Positions 58,501-64,000 of a stretch of DNA of 64,000 bases are shown here, piece after piece; position 1 is the first letter of the stretch; each line of letters begins with the position of its first letter. Source of the DNA: Selaginella moellendorffii (lineage: Eukaryota > Plantae > Lycopodiophyta); assembly GCF_000143415.4 (NCBI RefSeq), contig NW_003314331.1:498164-562163 (forward strand), read 5' to 3'. A model generated the notes under the pieces. It searched no databases, was not told where the DNA came from, and was given only the letters and a program-made list of their open reading frames with translations. A program made the position numbers and the translations under genes.

Positions 58501-59924
58501 GAGTTGCTAATGTGCCTCACTCGCGAGCCCAAGCGTAAACTCGTGCTAACGGAGCATCTCAAATCCATCCTATAGGCCCAAGAGCAAGCTCACATTGTTA
58601 GGTACAAAAGGTAACCAAAACCATACCCAAGGAACGAACGTGAACCCCTTGCACCAAACGTGTACTCAATCGGATCATCGTTTTCATCTCTGTGTATGCA
58701 ACGAGACTAGTTGCCCAATCTCATTGTATAGTACTCGCTGAGACTTACCCTCTGATACCAAATGTAGCGCACGTGGTTTTGACCCTTTATCCTATGGTGA
58801 TTTACCATAGGATAACACCACGAAGCAAAACCTAAACCCTCTTTGTGCCACGTGATAGATGCCACGTGTCACATGCCACGTGTCTATGCCACGTGTCCAC
58901 AGGAACCCGAGATTCAGGGCCTTGGGCCACTAAACGAAGGAACGGTGCCAAACTCCCAAGCATGGAGCCGAGGAGTGACAGAACCGAACCACGGAGCAAC
59001 TCCCGAGCATGAAGCCCAAGGAGTGAAGGGGCGGGAGCCCGAAGCGACTTGGAACAGTCCTAGAGCAACCAGCATCCCAATGCCAGGACCAGCACGCAAA
59101 ACGGAGCCAAACGGAGTCTGGCGCTATTTCGGCATACCGGTGGCCTAATGCAAGGACATGGGTACTCCACCAGCTAGCATGGAATGGAACTTGGGCTTAG
59201 ACCCAAGCCGGACGCAGAACAAGGACAGGCACGCAAGCGGGAGCTAGACTATGCCTCAGGTTGGTCGGCCATGCCCAACCTACCCACTATCCCTACTATA
59301 CATTTGGAACCCCCCACAGCCCCCCCCGCCCCCCCCCCCCCCCCCTTGAGGAACACATGCTTTGGGCTTTCACCCCAAGCCTCCCTTAGTATCAGGAGTT
59401 AGTCTCTGGGACAAGCTTGAAACTTACTAAATATGGAATGTCCCTAGATTGCAAATTTGGACATGGGACGAACACCATTGTGTTCAGGACGATCTCTACA
59501 TTCTGTAGATATGCCAAATGAGCAAATCTGGACACTTTCCATAAATAGCATTTAGGACCGAAATGAGACTAATGCTAAGGGCATGATAGCAAGGGTGTTT
59601 GGCAGACACGGTAAGCTATCATGTAGCGATATTGAGGGACCAATCTCAATACGCGAGGGTTCTTGTCAAGCTAGTGCAAGACAGAGCAAAAGAGAACTAA
59701 AAAGCCAGGCCAAGTATGTTTGGCTGAATAGACACTTAGGAATTCCGTCTTTATGCTCATCCAGCCAAGTACAGATGCAAAGTCCAGTTTACTAACACTT
59801 GAACAAGAGGGGCTGATAAAGGGTCCAGCAATACCGACCTCCTGCCATCGTGGCAGTAAAGTAAGAGTGTCCGTAAGGACTAGTCGACAGGTAACTTTCG
59901 ATACCCGAAGTCACATGCGCGACA
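52515..59924 (-). mobile_element. Non-autonomous LARD-like LTR element (element C); LTRs 58763-59924 (5') and 52515-53797 (3', contains a gap)
   Basis: TSD GATTC on both sides, TG..CA ends, PBS (reverse complement of cctctgatacca, 58749-58760), PPT ctctcccccccta at 53798-53810. The ~5-kb interior has no long ORF. Confidence 0.92.
53196..53295. other. Assembly gap (100 N)
   Basis: Run of N. Confidence 1.
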
Positions 59925-60907
59925 GATTCTCTCACTACTGTTGTTGCTATTGCTACTGCTCTTGCTACTCCCGCTCTTGTTGCTCCCACCCCTACTTGAT
60001 TTGGAATCTCTCCACAAGTGGTATACCTCAACAGGCTTGCTCACAATCCAACTAACAACCTTGTAAAGACAATTCATCTTTTTTTTCTTGCAAACACAAT
60101 TCTTCTCTTCTCTAGAAAACCTAGAAAAGAATGAGCAAACAGAAATTTAAATGAAGTGGGAGTCTAGTGAACAAACAATTCAAATTTGTTATGCATTCAC
60201 AAGTAACAATCGCTTACATCTTTACTAGTATCTCCTATAAGAATGTGAACCAAAAAGATTTCTTAATCCACAAGAGTGGAGAACCAAAGATTGGCAAGAA
60301 AACCTTTGATATAGCTTGTGGATGCTATAAAATCAAATGTCCATGATAACAAGCCTAATATCAAAACAAGAAGCAATCTGATCACTATTAATTTGAACAC
60401 AAAGAATATACTTATCACTTTATATTTGAGAATATTTTAGTCAAATAGTCAATGGTAAGTCGGTAAAAGGAGTAGTATAATAGAGAAAATGGTGCTTTAA
60501 GTATTTGGACGACGTTTTGTGGAAGTGGCAAAGATATAGTATGGAAGAGTTTGATCAATTGCTTTCTCAAGTTCTAGAGTTGACAGATTTGCCAACTATA
60601 CTACAGTGCCAAGGCATGTATAAATTTTTGAAGTGGACAATTAACCTTGCATTGATGTACTCAACCATTTTAGAAGATGCAATAAATAAACTCATCATTT
60701 AAGCCATGTGGTATGGAATATTTGATAGCATTCCTATATTCATACAGTGGGAGAAAAATGAATCATCTTTACAAAATTATTGGTTGTATTGTGAGCAAGT
60801 TTGTTGAGGTATACCACTTGTGAAGAGAATCCGAGTCAAGTAAAGGCGGGAGCAACAAGAGCAGGAGTAGCAAGAGCGGCAGCAATAACAACAACAGTGG
60901 AGGTGAA

Positions 60908-61258
60908 TGTAACGCATGTGATAATGGGATAATATTTAAATATACTATCACTGTGGCTCTTTTATCAAGTTGTGGATCTTTGGAACATTAAGGGATAAAT
61001 AAGGATAAAATAACCACTAAGGGCTCTTTCATTAAGCAATTACCCTTTTAGTTAATAGTCAATAAAGACATTGACATCTTTGAAGGGGGGTTGTGAGTGT
61101 AGCGCATGTGATCATAGGATGAAATTTAGATATACTATTATTGTGGATTCCTGGAACCTTAGGGGATAAATAGGGATAAAATAGCCACTAAAGGCTCTTT
61201 CATTAAGTAATTGCCCTTTTTCCAGTTGGATTAAGGAGAGAGAGATATGGTGCATTAT
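60908..61258 (+). mobile_element. Second, degenerate and deleted copy of the TRIM family
   Basis: tgtaacgcatgtgat.. at 60908, PPT aaggggggttgtgag, LTR tgtagcgcatgtgatcat..tgcattata 61098-61258. Confidence 0.75.
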
Positions 61259-62489
61259 AAAAATCCCCTTAATCTTAGATTTATAAACCCTTGATATTAA
61301 TTTGCAAAAAAACACTTTTGAAGAATTTTCCTTTCAGAATTGCATCCTTAACTCCTACTACTTACACATGATCCCTTACTAAGTTTTTGGTTATTGTATG
61401 TTTTATCTCTATACTTGTACTTTTGGCCCTATGCATTAGTCCTAGCTTTAATGGGGACTATTTAAAACCTATCTAAACTTTTCTCACTCATAAATTCTTT
61501 ATTGACATCCTTACCACCTAACCCTTTATCATTTGATGAAGTTTTAAGCTTCTTAGATTGTGCCACAACCTCATAAACAAATAAAGTATGTACATCCCTT
61601 CTTTATGCTTTCCATAGCCTTCTTCATCTCTAAAAACCTCTCTCATATATCTTTATTGTTGATGGCAACACTTATTTTTAATTGTTTGGGAGCCCTTTTT
61701 CTCTTCTTGAGATGAGAATTTGCCTTCTCCTTGATCACTTGATCAACCTGGATAAAAAAGAAACTTGGAGAAAGAAAATCAATAAAATGAATTTACACAC
61801 TTCACTAAATCCATGAGCAATCCACTAACTAATCAATCTACTTGTTTTTTGCCTATCCTCACAACCTCATCCATGATCTGGTTCGTTGGGATTCTCCCGC
61901 TGCTGCTGTTATTGCTGCCGCTCTTGCTACTCCTCCTCTTATTGCTCTTGCCTTTACTTGACTCGGAATATTTCCATAAGTAGTATACCTCAACAGACTT
62001 GCTCACAATACAACTAATAGCCTTGTAAAAATGATTCATCTTTCTCTTCTTGTAAACACGATTTCTCTCTTATCTAGAAAACTTAAAAGAGAATGAATGA
62101 GCGGGAATTTAAATGAAGTGGGAGTCTAGTAATGACAAACAATTCAAATTTGTTCCATATTCATAGGTAATAATCACTTGCATCTTTATTAATATCTCTC
62201 ATAAGAATGTGAACTTAAGGGATTTTTTGATTCATAAGAGTGGAAAATTTTGATTATTTACCAAAGATTGGTAAGAAAAGCTTTGATATGGCTTGCAAAT
62301 GCTGTAAAATCTAATGTCCATGATAATAAACCTAAAATTAGAATATAATCTGATCATTCTTAATTTGGCATTGAACACAAAGAATATGTATATAACCTTA
62401 TATTCAAGAATATTTTAGTCAAATAGTCAGTAAAAGGTAATAAATAAAATGGTGTTTCAAGGATTGCTATGGGTATTAATTATTTGAAT

Positions 62490-63556
62490 GATGTTTTGTC
62501 GAAAGGGAATATAGAAGAGTTTAATCAAATTGTGCTTTCTAGAGTTAACAGATTTGCCAACTATCCTCCAGTGCCAAGGCATATGCAAATTTTGGAAGCA
62601 GACTATCAATCTTGCATTGATGTACTCTGACCCCACAAGAGGAGCCATGGGTGTTGATCCACAAGAACAAACGACCACAAGTTTGTAGTGTGGTGCCCCA
62701 TCTCTGGCCGATGCTTCGACTTCCCAAGCTTTGGATGCATCCCAGCAGCAGCCAGCACATGCACCGCCAGGTTTGTGGCCTCGTCCACAGGGCTTGTTCT
62801 CAGCCTTGTCGACCACGGGCGGAAGATGGTGGCGTGGAGTCCTTTGTCCGGCGCCGTGGAGGAGCTGAATCCCAGCACGACTGAAGGCTTCGAGTCGAAG
62901 ACGATCACACGACAGCAGGCTTTCTCGGATGAATTCCTGGTGATCCACGACTCGGTCGCTGGCTGCTGCAGCGTCTTCAATCCCCCAACAAGGTTTCTGG
63001 CCCAGAGATCCAGAATTGTGGTGGCGGACGAGGGGGTGACGAGCGCGACACATATCGGGACTAGCAATGGGCGGCGGATTGGAGTGTGTATCAATCACCG
63101 GGAGATTGTTGTGCAGGAGTACAAGGAGAAGACGACATTGCGGAGGAGGTGAGGCAGTGGCAAGAGTCGGAGATGAAAGAGGCCGCGAAGCTAGAGAGAA
63201 TGGATAAGAAGCTATGGGAGATAGTGGCACGAATGAGCGACGAGGAAGTAGAGGAAGCCAGGAAACGAATGGAAGTGCGGGAGCGTGAGGAGATGAATAA
63301 TTGCGAGGAAGACGAGGAGGAGGAGGAGGAAGCGTACAAGATCGAGGAATTGGGAAAGCTGGAGTTTGCAAAGGATCTCAAGGAGCATCCCTGTACGATA
63401 CATGTTGCAAGCTTGGAGAATTTGATCTTGATCTCTAGAGGGGCGCTGAGTAGTAGCACTGCTCTAGTGTTTAACCTGGAGGATTTGACACGTGAGCTCA
63501 ATTTTGAGCTCGCGAGCTCAAAACACTGGAGCCTGCGTTCATATCTAGCTATGTAA
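62490..63556 (+). pseudogene. F-box protein pseudogene (frameshifted; 3' extent uncertain)
   Basis: F-box-like EEF..L..LELTDLPTILQC.G.CKFWKQ, followed by F-box-associated VASSTGLVL..KMVAWSPLSG. The reading frame shifts between ORFs 62688 and 63086. Confidence 0.55.
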
Positions 63557-64000
63557 TGGAAGTGCTGACGCTAAGGTCCAAGTTCAGTCTTTCAGCGAGA
63601 GGGAGGTTTGAAGCTCATATGTCCAGCTCTAAACGCGTTCTCTACTTTGTCACTCGAGCCTTGGAGCGGTGGAAACGCCGCGGCTGCCGGGGGAGCAAAG
63701 TTTGATATGCTGCTTGCGTTTGGATTCGTAGAAGACATCTACAAGATGAAAGAAAGGAGACACTGCTGTGACAGCCGCGAGATAATAAGAAGTTTGTACC
63801 TGTGGATTCATTTGGAACGAACTTGGATTCGCAAAGCCGGTGGCGGATGGCGCTCCCCGGGGATCAAACTCGTCAAAACCATCGTCCACTGGAATGGAAG
63901 ATCGCATGGCTTCCTCGTAACTTGGTGGAGGTCCTCGGCTGCTGGCAAAGTTTTCAGGAGATCCTCCCTGTGTTGAAGTAGAACTCGATGATTGTTGAGA

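Larger units (their letters stand above)
49400..62625. repeat. Degenerate ~2-kb tandem triplication (about 49400-51390; 51400-52514 + 59930-60730; partial 61260-62625), interrupted by element C and a TRIM
   Basis: Repeated blocks such as ..RIQMDQIMDEVAKMGKE (minus), atgaagtgggagtctagt and gatttgccaactat..cagtgcc (F-box N-terminus) occur three times. Confidence 0.8.

Noticed and set aside
62457-63371. 304-aa minus-strand ORF
   Set aside because: Antisense to the F-box remnant; low-complexity, no domain motifs.

Overview
Eukaryotic, land-plant nuclear DNA. Compact genes with many 50-100 bp introns, telo-box promoters and a GID2/SLY1 gene suggest a lycophyte such as Selaginella (inference). Three zones. 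(1) 1-10 kb and 17.8-27 kb hold conserved genes: germin-like protein, SR45, GID2/SLY1 F-box, glycerol kinase, LITAF/GILP, a membrane protein, fimbrin and TFIIH p52/TFB2. Reshuffled pseudogene copies of fimbrin and TFB2 extend to about 30.6 kb. (2) About 10.2-16.4 kb is an accessory island. It contains an intronless 813-aa Crinkler-type NTPase + PD-(D/E)xK nuclease gene, head-to-head with a disrupted unknown gene that carries a captured ARF exon-intron fragment. It also contains a tRNA-Lys(UUU) and an mL46/DECOY pseudogene bracketed by an inverted copy of the tRNA 5' end. (3) 30.6-62.6 kb is a nest of LTR retroelements: decayed chromoviruses, a young non-autonomous element with a binary 11/12-bp array in its LTRs, a TRIM and a LARD-like element, partly inserted in a CG/CHG-depleted tandem triplication that ends in an F-box pseudogene. 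The best novelty candidates are the CRN-type island and a covarying multi-stem RNA structure, plus tRNA-like hairpins, conserved in the 3' non-coding region of the retroelements. All family assignments come from motif recognition by eye; no database search was run.
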